This document shows positions 55,758 to 64,000 of a stretch of 64,000 bases of DNA, piece after piece. The notes under the pieces are model-generated. The model was not told the origin of the DNA, did no database searches, and worked only from the letters and a program-made list of their open reading frames with translations. Positions within the stretch are counted from its first letter, which is position 1. Every line of letters begins with the position of its first letter. The position numbers and the translations under genes were made by a program. The stretch spans positions 2,720,001 through 2,784,000 of the forward strand of contig CP084166.1 in assembly GCA_021513695.1 (NCBI GenBank), in the 5' to 3' direction. The DNA is from Candidatus Heimdallarchaeum aukensis. Lineage in GTDB: Archaea; Asgardarchaeota; Heimdallarchaeia; Heimdallarchaeales; Heimdallarchaeaceae.

Positions 55758-56129
55758 TTAGCATGTAAGATGAAGTAAAGCAACGATATGCTGTTTTTGT
55801 TTAATTGCAGAATTTATTTTGGATATTATTTTTGGTGTTGTCTCTTCTATAATTTTAACTTTAGAATTTTCTAAAATTCTTCTTGTCTCTGATGGAATAG
55901 GTAAAACGCCAAATTGCCCTTTTCCAATAAAGAATATTTCAGGTTTATATGATAATAGAAATTCAGCTTCTTTTTCACCAAAGCAAGTGTGACCTTTTAC
56001 TTTGTAGGATAATTCTTTTTTTCTTTTTTGAATAATAAACTCTTCATTCTCTGAAATAATATAAATATCGTTAGAATACTTTTTACCATCAATAACTATT
56101 TGACCAAAAGAAGTTTTCTCAATTTTCAA
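55758..56129 (-). CDS. Mth938-like (DUF498) domain protein
   Basis: SFGQIVIDGKKYSNDIYI ... KPEIFFIGKGQFGVLPIPSETRRILENSKVKI follows the Mth938/NDUFAF3-like pattern (FG.I.IDG..Y..D...G.G.....E.L...G). TTG start, 4 nt after GAGGTGA. Confidence 0.45.
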   Translation of the reverse strand: MKIEKTSFGQIVIDGKKYSNDIYIISENEEFIIQKRKKELSYKVKGHTCFGEKEAEFLLSYKPEIFFIGKGQFGVLPIPSETRRILENSKVKIIEETTPKIISKINSAIKQKQHIVALLHLTC

Positions 56130-56205
56130 CGAATCACCTCAATTTATTTTGTTTCTTGCTTATTATTCCAGTAATTTTTAAATATTAATTGTTTTTCGTT
56201 AAATT

Positions 56206-57597
56206 ATGGGTAGTATTCGAGAAAACTTTATGATTCTCGCTATTGTTTCTCTAACTTCTTTTACTATTTCATTCGGTGGCTCATCATTAAATCTTGCTAT
56301 TCCTATAATGCAAATTGATCTTCAAGCAGATTCTTCCACTATGAGTTGGTTTGTTACAATCTATATTTTAGCAACAGCTATGTTTCAAATACCTTTTGCT
56401 AAACTTTCTGACATTTTCGATAGAAAAATAATTTATTTGTTAGGACTATTCATTTTTTCCATTTCCTGTATTATGGTAGTATTAACAAAAAATATCTCAT
56501 TATTACTTATACTTCGTTTTCTCCAAGGTTTTGGTGGAGCTCTAATTTTTGCTACTGGGACTGCAATTTTAGCTAATACCTTTTCACCAGAAATTAAAGG
56601 GAAGGTTTTTGGGATTAATATTTCTTCAGTTTATTTTGGATTGACAACAGGACCTGTGATAGGTGGACTGATTGTTAGTTTTTTTTCTTGGAAAGGTATA
56701 TTTGTAGTAACTGCTTCTTTAGGTGCTCTTTCATTAATTCTTCTTTTGATAAAAGTAGATATCAGACAAGAGAGAATTTCAAATGAAAAATTTGACTACT
56801 TAGGAGCATTGTTTTATACTCTTACACTTTTCACTCTCCTATATGGCTTTAGAATATTACCTAATAATGTAGGATATATTCTCATAGGAGGTTCAGTTCT
56901 TTTTAGTATATTTTTTATTTTCTGGGAAACACGAGTTACCAGCCCTCTAATTCAACTATCTATATTTAAAAATAACAGATTTTTTACATTTGCTAATCTT
57001 ACATCAATAACCTATTATACTTCAGTAACAGCTATAGCCTTTTTAATAAATTTATTTTTACAAAATGTAAAAAATTTTAGCCCTCAGTTTGTAGGCTTTA
57101 TTTTACTCACACGCCCTTTATCACAAGCTCTTGTTTCTCCCTTTGGTGGGCTACTCTCAGATAAGATTGAGCATAGAATATTAACAACTATAGGAACTAT
57201 TTTAGGAGCTATAGGTCTATTCATTTTCATATTTCTTAATGCTAATACTCCTCTATATCTAATTCTCTTAAGTTTGGTAATAGGAGGTGTTGGTTTCGGT
57301 CTGTTTTCTTCTCCAAATACAAATTCAATTATGAGCGGCGTAGAAAGAAAATATTATAACACTGCCTCTGCTTTAATCGGAACTATGAGAACGATAGGAC
57401 AAACGATGTCTATGGGAATAGTTACAATCACTTTTTCAGTTCTAATTGGAAAAGAGCAAGTTGGTTCAAACATCTACAATGAGAAACTTATTTACAGTAT
57501 TAATACCTTATTTACTATATTTCTCGGAATATGTTTAGTTTCCTCAATATTCTCTTATCTAAGAGGAAAACAACTTACAAAAACCGGAATAGAATAA
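56206..57597 (+). CDS. MFS transporter (14-TM, DHA2-like)
   Basis: MFS signatures: the LSDIFDRK-type loop between TM2 and TM3, LQGFGGALIFATGTAIL, and 14 hydrophobic segments. Confidence 0.7.
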   Translation: MGSIRENFMILAIVSLTSFTISFGGSSLNLAIPIMQIDLQADSSTMSWFVTIYILATAMFQIPFAKLSDIFDRKIIYLLGLFIFSISCIMVVLTKNISLLLILRFLQGFGGALIFATGTAILANTFSPEIKGKVFGINISSVYFGLTTGPVIGGLIVSFFSWKGIFVVTASLGALSLILLLIKVDIRQERISNEKFDYLGALFYTLTLFTLLYGFRILPNNVGYILIGGSVLFSIFFIFWETRVTSPLIQLSIFKNNRFFTFANLTSITYYTSVTAIAFLINLFLQNVKNFSPQFVGFILLTRPLSQALVSPFGGLLSDKIEHRILTTIGTILGAIGLFIFIFLNANTPLYLILLSLVIGGVGFGLFSSPNTNSIMSGVERKYYNTASALIGTMRTIGQTMSMGIVTITFSVLIGKEQVGSNIYNEKLIYSINTLFTIFLGICLVSSIFSYLRGKQLTKTGIE

Positions 57598-57633
57598 ATT
57601 TTAAGAAATAATTAAATATAATTAGTTTTTTCT

Positions 57634-59070
57634 ATGTTCAGAATGAGTGTTAGAAACTATTTAACTAATGTAAAAGAGAGTTATAATAGAGCAAAAGAAG
57701 GAGAAGGATTTTCCTTTCTTTTTACAGTTGTGATTGGTTTAGGCTTTTTTACAACCGCAATTACATGGGCAATGTATAATGTTTACATTCCTACTTATTT
57801 GGACGAGTACTTATTTTTGAATTGGGGAGAGCTGCCTTTTGCAAGCACAATTATTGGTTTCATCATGGTACTTGACAATATCGTTGCTGTGATAATGCAA
57901 CCTTGGATAGGTCATATTAGTGATCGAATATGGAAAAGATACTCTCCAAATAAATGGGGAAGAAGAATGCCTTTTATTGTAATTGGAATACCCTTAGGTG
58001 CTATATTTTTTACAATGTTAGGGTTGTTTGGTACTGATAACTTTACAGGTAGTCCCATGACAGGTTTCATTCTTTTACTGTTAACCATTGGAGGATTCAA
58101 TATTTCGATGGCTTTGTATCGTTCTCCTGTTGTAGCATTAATGCCCGATTTAGTACCAAAAGAGTATCGTAGCAGAGGAAACGGTTTGATCAACTTAATG
58201 GGCGGAGTAGGAGCCCTAATGGCTTTGTTTATTCTACCAATTGTATATCGAAAAAATCCTTTACTAGCTTACCTTATTGTAAGCTTAGTGATGATTTTCT
58301 GCTTGGTTATCTTATACTTTACAATAAAAGAACCTGAAGTACTTAAAGACAAAGAAGAAAAAGAAAAAGTGAAAATTATTGAGACTGTAAAAGAATTCTT
58401 TGCTCAAGAAGATAAAAGCATGATTTTTATCTTGTTTGCTATTTTCGCTTGGTTCTTGGGTTATAATGTCATAGAAACGTTTTTCTCGTTATACGGTGTT
58501 AACATCCTCCAAATAGAAAAAGAAGATGCAAGCACTATTTTAGGGGTACTAGCTTTAATGTTTATTCTCTCCTCTGTACCTGCTGGTTTTGTAGCCAAGA
58601 AGATTGGTAGAAAAAGAACGATCTTAGTTGGACTCGGGATAATTCTAGTTGCTCTAGTAATTGCTGCAATCTTTTCGGTAGTAACTATTCCAAGCTTACA
58701 AACTCGAACAACATTTTTAGGAATGGATGTTCCCTATACTGCTTTCATTATACTAGGTTGCTTCTTCTTTAGTGGAATTGGTTGGGCCTTTGTTAACATT
58801 AATAGTATAGTAATTGTCTGGACTTTAGCTGGAAAAGAGCGTGTAGGTGCTGGAACAGGAGTATATTATTTCTTCTCTGCTTCAGCAGCTATAATTGGAC
58901 CCGTTTTAGTAGGTGGAATATTTGATTTAATCAAATATATATTCGGTCTTCCAGCGGGATTACAATACAAGACTTTATTCTTCTTCTCTGCTTTCTTCTA
59001 TTTAGTAGCGATGGTCCTTACTCTCTTTGTTAAAACTACTGGAGTAGAAGGAGAAAAAGAAGAAGAGTAA
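57634..59070 (+). CDS. MFS-type transporter (12-TM; possibly GPH/sugar-cation symporter-like)
   Basis: 12 predicted TM segments with a central hydrophilic loop and an MFS-like GxxxDRxGRR region (HISDRIWKRYSPNKWGRR). Confidence 0.6.
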   Translation: MFRMSVRNYLTNVKESYNRAKEGEGFSFLFTVVIGLGFFTTAITWAMYNVYIPTYLDEYLFLNWGELPFASTIIGFIMVLDNIVAVIMQPWIGHISDRIWKRYSPNKWGRRMPFIVIGIPLGAIFFTMLGLFGTDNFTGSPMTGFILLLLTIGGFNISMALYRSPVVALMPDLVPKEYRSRGNGLINLMGGVGALMALFILPIVYRKNPLLAYLIVSLVMIFCLVILYFTIKEPEVLKDKEEKEKVKIIETVKEFFAQEDKSMIFILFAIFAWFLGYNVIETFFSLYGVNILQIEKEDASTILGVLALMFILSSVPAGFVAKKIGRKRTILVGLGIILVALVIAAIFSVVTIPSLQTRTTFLGMDVPYTAFIILGCFFFSGIGWAFVNINSIVIVWTLAGKERVGAGTGVYYFFSASAAIIGPVLVGGIFDLIKYIFGLPAGLQYKTLFFFSAFFYLVAMVLTLFVKTTGVEGEKEEE

Positions 59071-59086
59071 AATCACTTTTTTTTTC

Positions 59087-62065
59087 TTATTCTTCATTAG
59101 TAGAAGGTAAAAAAACCATTCCTTCTTTTCTTTTTGCGTCAACTCTTACAATTAAGGGTACATCTGTTTGTACATGAACAACATAATCCCCTTCTTCAAT
59201 AATTTTTTGACTTTTTAACCATTCCCAGTTTATAACATGTTTCTCTGAATTGTGTTTTATGTATAGATAACCTAAATTTCCAGCAACAATAGAAGAGAAA
59301 AAGTGACTTCCTTGGCTAAAATCCACACTGAAATCTGATGTTGAAGCTTCAATAATAGCTATAGCACCGTTAATATTTGTCCATTTTACAGGAATACCTA
59401 AAAATCTATCAGCGGTTCCCCATCTACCAAAGCCAATTAGGATATAAGGTGCGTTTTTCTCTCGTAGAATAGCGTTTAATTCATCTATTTCTTGAACAAT
59501 TTCAAGTGTTTTTGTCTTATCAAAAGTCTCTGGCCTAACATAAATAATGTCATTAATATCTTTTCTAATTAAGTTACCACTTACCGTGTTTGAAAAAAGA
59601 ATAATTTTGTCTTTCTGAATCATAGAATAATCTTCAAATTCTAATTCTTCTTGCAACAAAAATGGTCTGATTTGTAGCATATAGAATTGATCTTTTTCTT
59701 CCTTACCAGACTTGAAATTGCCTGCAAATTCTATTTCAATAGGCGAACCCATCGCTTTTTCTCCTATTTCCATCATTGTACTAATTATTTTTGCAAGAGG
59801 AAAGGTTTCTAATTTTAGTTGTTGGTTAAAAGTTATAACTGGAGAACCTTTTTGGTAATATCCTGTCTTCAATGCTTCAGAATTAAAGTCATATGTATCG
59901 GCTATTTTTGTCAAAGATCCGTCTTTTATTGCATGAATTAAGTTATACTTCTTCACATAAGGGTCAGTCGTCTCAATGTCGAATTCGTCTTTTTCCATAT
60001 CTATAGCATAAAAAGTATTTTGGCTTTGTTCAAGAAGTTCTTTAATGTCTGCATAGTAATTAACCTTTGGGTATTTTGGGCTAAATCGAATTGATTGTCC
60101 TCCTTCTACAACATATCTTCCTAGACCTAAAGCCACACTGGCTATCCTATCTTCAGATTTCATATAGTGACCTATTGGATAGAAATTGAAGGAAGAAGCT
60201 GTTCCGCTAAAATTAGGATAGTATCTCCCATCATATCGTTTTCCTACAACTTCTTGTATAACTACAGCCATTTTAGATTGTTCTACAGTCATGTCAATTA
60301 ATTCTGCGTATGTTCGTGCGAGTTTCAAAAAGGGGGAGGCATAGACTAATTTTATTGCCGTACATAATTGATTTAGACGTTTTTTAATATCTGAACTATT
60401 ATTGGGCAACATATAAGTCTCAAAAATTCCTGCAAATGGTTGATAGGCAGAATCTTCTAATAAACTTGAAGAACGAATGGCTAAAGGTTTTTTCAAATCT
60501 TTAAGCAAAAACTGCAAGTCTTCACGTAAACTAGATGATAATTTAGCTTTAACGAACTTTTCTTTTATTTGTTTGTCTGTTATATCTGGTTTGTGAGCAA
60601 ACTCATACAAATTGTTTTCAGCCATAAATTTATCAAATTCATCAGTTCCTATTACAATAGTTTTTGGTATTGTGATTGTAACGTTAGGAAATAGATCTTG
60701 AAGCTTGAATGAATGGATTAAGAACATTATAAAAGCTACTCCTCTCCCCTTTCCTCCTAATGAACCTGGACGAAGTCTTAAAAAAAGTATCTCTGGATGG
60801 TAGCTGTCTTTATTAAAATCATTTACTATCCCTTTGGTTTTCTCTACCACTATTCTTCTAAAATTCTTCAGTAAAAATTCTCTTAATTCTTCGTCTGTGA
60901 ACTCTGAAACTTTTCTGGGCTTAAGTGCTTCTGCTACATCGAACTCTCCTCTAGCATTTAACCATCCAGAAAAATGGTCATTTTTTCCATGATATTTTAA
61001 CGATTCATATGGAATTACCTTTAATTGTTCATAGAATTCAATTATATCTTTTGCTCTTCCCAGTTCTTTTCCTTTTTCATCTCGAAAAATAAATTCACCA
61101 AAACCAACGCATTCTAACAACCATTTATTAAGAGCACTTAAGACCTCGTGACTTCCTTTGTATATGAAGAAACAAGCTAGTTCATCTGCAAGTTTTTTAT
61201 ATTCCTTCTTTGAGGATTGCAAAATTACAGGAAGATTTTTTGTTTCTTTTTTTATTTGTTTTATAAAATCAATTCCTGCATTTTTGTCTAATACTCCATT
61301 TCTCGGGAATTCAACATCAGTAATTACTCCTAAAACATTGCTCTTATACTTAGAAAAATACTCCATCGCTTCTTCGTAAGTTTCAGCAAGTAATATTTTT
61401 GGCCTTATCCTCATCTTAAGTAGATCTAAATAATCGTTTGAACCTTCAAGTATTAATTGATGTGTCTGCTTCATTATGGCCCCATAAAGCTCTGGAAGAA
61501 GGAGTGAATAATGACGAATAGAATCCTCTACAAAAATGAAAACTCTAACATTTGCTATTTTAATATCATTATCAATATTTAATTTATCTTCCAAATGTTT
61601 AACAATTGCTACAAATAGTTTTGAATCACCATTCCAAACAAAAATACGATCAACATTTTTTCTTTTAGATTTTTCAGGTAAATATTTAATTTCTACAACA
61701 CTATTTAAAAGTAGAACTACAGGAATGTTTTTGATTTTCTTTACTTTTTCACCAAAAGTAAAAGGATTAATATCTCCAACCCGACTCATAGTTATTACTA
61801 AATCAAAATCTTCTTTTTTTATTAGCTCTAAAGCCTCAGAAGCTAATGAAACGCGGGTTATTCTTGGAAGAGTTCTCAAGTTAAGGTTCCGAAACTCTTC
61901 ATAAACTTGGTCGGATAACCTCCCATCCTCTTCTAAGAGAAAACTATCGTAGATTGAACTTACAATTAATATATTTTTCATCCTAATTTTCATTAATTCG
62001 TGAAATACTTTGTATCTAGGTTTGTATTCTGAGAATAACTGATTTGAACCTCTTATAAAATCCAA
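59087..62065 (-). CDS. multidomain signalling protein: two receiver (REC)-like domains plus a PEP-synthase/PPDK-type ATP-grasp domain, with a C-terminal domain possibly related to a degenerate PEP-utilising swivel
   Basis: The REC-like 1 (ILIVSS...DLVITM) lacks the acidic pocket. The REC-like 2 (IFVEDS...LGVITDVEFP...PVILQSS) retains a candidate phospho-Asp. LRPGSLGGKGRGVAF and PLAIRSSSLLEDSAYQPFAGIFETY match the PPDK_N nucleotide-binding signatures (GGKxxxL ... RSSAxxEDxxxxSFAGQxxTY). The C-terminal LIGFGRWGTADRFLGIPV resembles a His-less version of GGRTSHAAIxARELGIPxVVG. TTG start; the first ATGs are at residues 25 and 29. Confidence 0.65.
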   Translation of the reverse strand: MDFIRGSNQLFSEYKPRYKVFHELMKIRMKNILIVSSIYDSFLLEEDGRLSDQVYEEFRNLNLRTLPRITRVSLASEALELIKKEDFDLVITMSRVGDINPFTFGEKVKKIKNIPVVLLLNSVVEIKYLPEKSKRKNVDRIFVWNGDSKLFVAIVKHLEDKLNIDNDIKIANVRVFIFVEDSIRHYSLLLPELYGAIMKQTHQLILEGSNDYLDLLKMRIRPKILLAETYEEAMEYFSKYKSNVLGVITDVEFPRNGVLDKNAGIDFIKQIKKETKNLPVILQSSKKEYKKLADELACFFIYKGSHEVLSALNKWLLECVGFGEFIFRDEKGKELGRAKDIIEFYEQLKVIPYESLKYHGKNDHFSGWLNARGEFDVAEALKPRKVSEFTDEELREFLLKNFRRIVVEKTKGIVNDFNKDSYHPEILFLRLRPGSLGGKGRGVAFIMFLIHSFKLQDLFPNVTITIPKTIVIGTDEFDKFMAENNLYEFAHKPDITDKQIKEKFVKAKLSSSLREDLQFLLKDLKKPLAIRSSSLLEDSAYQPFAGIFETYMLPNNSSDIKKRLNQLCTAIKLVYASPFLKLARTYAELIDMTVEQSKMAVVIQEVVGKRYDGRYYPNFSGTASSFNFYPIGHYMKSEDRIASVALGLGRYVVEGGQSIRFSPKYPKVNYYADIKELLEQSQNTFYAIDMEKDEFDIETTDPYVKKYNLIHAIKDGSLTKIADTYDFNSEALKTGYYQKGSPVITFNQQLKLETFPLAKIISTMMEIGEKAMGSPIEIEFAGNFKSGKEEKDQFYMLQIRPFLLQEELEFEDYSMIQKDKIILFSNTVSGNLIRKDINDIIYVRPETFDKTKTLEIVQEIDELNAILREKNAPYILIGFGRWGTADRFLGIPVKWTNINGAIAIIEASTSDFSVDFSQGSHFFSSIVAGNLGYLYIKHNSEKHVINWEWLKSQKIIEEGDYVVHVQTDVPLIVRVDAKRKEGMVFLPSTNEE

Positions 62066-62273
62066 TTTTTTCTCTCCTTTTGTTACTATTACACTATTTT
62101 GTTTTCTTCCTATTATTATTTTCCTTAGATTTTTAAAAAAAATTGTTTAACGCTGTATGACTGATGTTTTTTGTTTAGACTCTATTAGTTTTTACTTTTT
62201 TTGCTTTTTTAATGATTTTAACTTAAATTATCTCCAAATTTTTAGAGAAAATATATAGTTTCAAAGGAAAAAG

Positions 62274-62283
62274 TATTTAAATA
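62274..62283 (+). promoter_or_regulatory. candidate TATA box (tatttaaata) upstream of alba
   Basis: It lies about 55 nt upstream of ATG 62338, and the AAGGTGA Shine-Dalgarno sequence sits 7 nt before the ATG. Confidence 0.3.
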
Positions 62284-62337
62284 AAGTATTAGACGAACTC
62301 TTACGTAACTAAGTTACTTATTTACAAGGTGAAAAAA

Positions 62338-62628
62338 ATGTCTGAAGGAGAAAATCAAGAAAGCGTAATTTTTATTGGCCGAAAATCGACTATTTCTTAT
62401 GTGTTGGTAGCTGTTACCATACTAAATAAGAATGATACTTGCAATATTCAAGCTCGTGGAAGACAAATTTCCAAAGCTGTTGATGTTGCAGAAATTACTC
62501 GACGCAAATTCCTTGCTGATCAAGTCGTTGTTGACAATGTCACAATCTCATCAGAAGAATTGCCTTCTGATAATGGAGAAGGAACAAAAACCGTAAGTAC
62601 AATTGAAATTACTCTCAAAAAGAAATAA
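62338..62628 (+). CDS. alba: Alba DNA/RNA-binding chromatin protein
   Basis: VIFIGRKSTISYVLVAVTILNKN...IQARGRQISKAVDVAEITRRKF matches the Alba consensus (IGKKPVMNYVLA..T.L......I.ARGRAISKAVD..EI.R..F). The track starts at GTG 62329; ATG 62338 follows GGTGAAAAAA. Confidence 0.9.
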   Translation: MSEGENQESVIFIGRKSTISYVLVAVTILNKNDTCNIQARGRQISKAVDVAEITRRKFLADQVVVDNVTISSEELPSDNGEGTKTVSTIEITLKKK

Positions 62629-62810
62629 TCTATGAGAGTAATCTAACTCAGAGATTTTTCCAATAATTTTTCTTTTTGTTTTATTTTGAAACTATTTTTT
62701 TGCTCACATAATTCTAAAGTATCGTATTGTAGAGTATAATATAGTTTCGTGTAAAAAATGTGCGCTATTTCAAAATATTATTATATCCAAACTTTAAACA
62801 TTTATAAACA

Positions 62811-64000
62811 ATGAATATCCGAACTAAAAGTGATTTTATTATAGTAGCAATTAGCGTGCTTGTGTTCTCTACAACAAGAGTTATCTATAGCCTTTTAATA
62901 ATAAATTGGAATAATTATGAAAAAGGGAATGTTACACCTTCATTTTTATTTTGGATAGATTTTATATCCTATTTTGTGGTTTTTTTCTTGTATTTGCTCT
63001 ATGGGTGGTATATTCGAAGGAAACTTGTTAAAAAAAATCAAGATAAAGGAGATTATTCCTTACATTATATTATTAGAATATTTATTACTATTTATGCCCC
63101 CATTTTCCTCATATCTTTTGTTATTTCTTTTATAAAACAAATTGATTTACGGATATACTATACTGCATCGATATTTAATGAAACAGTTCAAATGATGTTT
63201 TTTAGTACACTAGTGGGTATTCTTCTATATAATCAAATTGAGCAATTTTTCTCTAAAGTTTTTAAATCTTCTAATTATCAAAAATATTCTTCTGAAGAGT
63301 TGACTTTTCTTGAGCAATCAATAGTCAAAACAATTAACCGTTTTTGGAGTTATGCGCTTTACACAGTTCTATTTTTTGTTTTTTTAGCAAATTTTTTGGT
63401 TTTAGTAATCTATCCAAGTATCCCTACAGAATACGATTCTAGTATCAAATTAATTATAGCCTATCCAAATTTCTCTTTTACCTTTAATAAAGAAACAGGT
63501 TTTCATCAAGAATTTTTTACTTATCTTGCACTAGATTATACAAAGTTTCTTAACTGGAAATTAATTCAGTCTTTACTCTGTATTCTTTTTATTTTAGCAA
63601 TAGCACTACTTTATTATCTTCCTTTGCATAAAAAAGAAAACGAACCTTTAAACAATGTAGAAAAACAAGAGATTGCAGAAATAAAATCTAAAACAGAAGA
63701 AGTTCAAAGCACAGAAAAAGGAATACTCAAGCAAAAAGATACAACAAAGTTAAACAACACAGGTCTACAACAAGAGATTGATTCCATCGTTTTCCTAAAC
63801 ACTGAAAATGATTATTATACTCCAATAGGTTTTATTAAGAAAAGAAACAGAAAACTTGAAAAATTGTTGTCTCAAATGAAAAAAAGTGATATTATCCCTG
63901 TGATGAATCTTGCTGCTTTGAATCTGGGTTTAGCTATGGTTTTTGTTTATTTTGTTCACTTATTTGTTCCATTAGCATATTCAAGTTACACATTATCAGA
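62811..64000 (+). CDS. polytopic membrane protein, 3' end truncated by window edge
   Basis: ATG at 62811 (MNIRTKSDFIIVAISVLVFS...). I read it in frame to the end of the window without a stop. Multiple hydrophobic helices and a central charged coiled-coil-like segment. Confidence 0.5.
   Translation, partial: MNIRTKSDFIIVAISVLVFSTTRVIYSLLIINWNNYEKGNVTPSFLFWIDFISYFVVFFLYLLYGWYIRRKLVKKNQDKGDYSLHYIIRIFITIYAPIFLISFVISFIKQIDLRIYYTASIFNETVQMMFFSTLVGILLYNQIEQFFSKVFKSSNYQKYSSEELTFLEQSIVKTINRFWSYALYTVLFFVFLANFLVLVIYPSIPTEYDSSIKLIIAYPNFSFTFNKETGFHQEFFTYLALDYTKFLNWKLIQSLLCILFILAIALLYYLPLHKKENEPLNNVEKQEIAEIKSKTEEVQSTEKGILKQKDTTKLNNTGLQQEIDSIVFLNTENDYYTPIGFIKKRNRKLEKLLSQMKKSDIIPVMNLAALNLGLAMVFVYFVHLFVPLAYSSYTLS

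Noticed and set aside
1-64000. Search for tRNA/rRNA genes, CRISPR arrays, transposases/integrases and toxin-antitoxin pairs
   Set aside because: There are no GC-rich 70-90-nt islands with a cloverleaf-compatible acceptor/T-arm pattern in any intergenic region. No short direct repeats with regular 30-40-nt spacing were found. There is no DDE/tyrosine-recombinase-like ORF. Only one GC-rich intergenic island exists (40037..40110), and it is palindromic rather than tRNA-like.

Overview
This 64-kb window is AT-rich (I estimate roughly 30% GC by eye; not computed) and densely packed with genes. I read it as an archaeal chromosome segment. The evidence is a TATA-box-binding protein gene, an Alba chromatin protein gene, a tungsten-type aldehyde:ferredoxin oxidoreductase gene, a complex-I-like operon without NuoEFG, and GGTGA-type Shine-Dalgarno sites. 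Several genes encode eukaryote-signature-like proteins, which points to an Asgard (Loki-like) archaeon as an inference. These are a small GTPase with a roadblock/longin-like C-terminal domain, a longin+V4R (TRAPP/Bet3-like) protein, a GPP34/GOLPH3-like protein and a secernin-like Ntn-hydrolase.

Major content:
- A peptide-catabolism set: secernin/C69-like and M20 peptidases, a PLP-dependent Cys/Met enzyme, DppBC permeases, and DppDF ATPases lying 13 kb downstream of the permeases.
- hisS, a TBP gene, and several TPR/HEAT repeat proteins.
- An aor-adh operon in which the AOR carries a C-terminal SCP2 domain.
- A 980-aa cell-surface protein dense in N-glycosylation sequons.
- Two membrane-anchored sulfotransferase paralogues and a TauE/SafE exporter.
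- A 12-gene complex-I-like operon in the order nuoJ-K-B-C-D-H-I-M'-L-M-N-A.
- A REC-REC-PEP-synthase-like ATP-grasp protein and two MFS transporters.

Structural oddities:
- The dpp operon is split by about 13 kb of inserted material that shows local duplication.
- About 95-bp direct repeats flank an ABC-2/HEAT-repeat cassette.
- A roughly 480-bp tandem duplication carries a small-membrane-protein gene plus a dead adh 3' fragment.
- The DppF ATPase has a transmembrane-hairpin insertion.
- The nuo leader contains a GC-rich nested-palindrome element.

I found no rRNA, tRNA, CRISPR array or recognisable transposase. Many ORF-track starts use TTG/GTG codons, and the more likely starts are downstream ATGs preceded by GGTGA.
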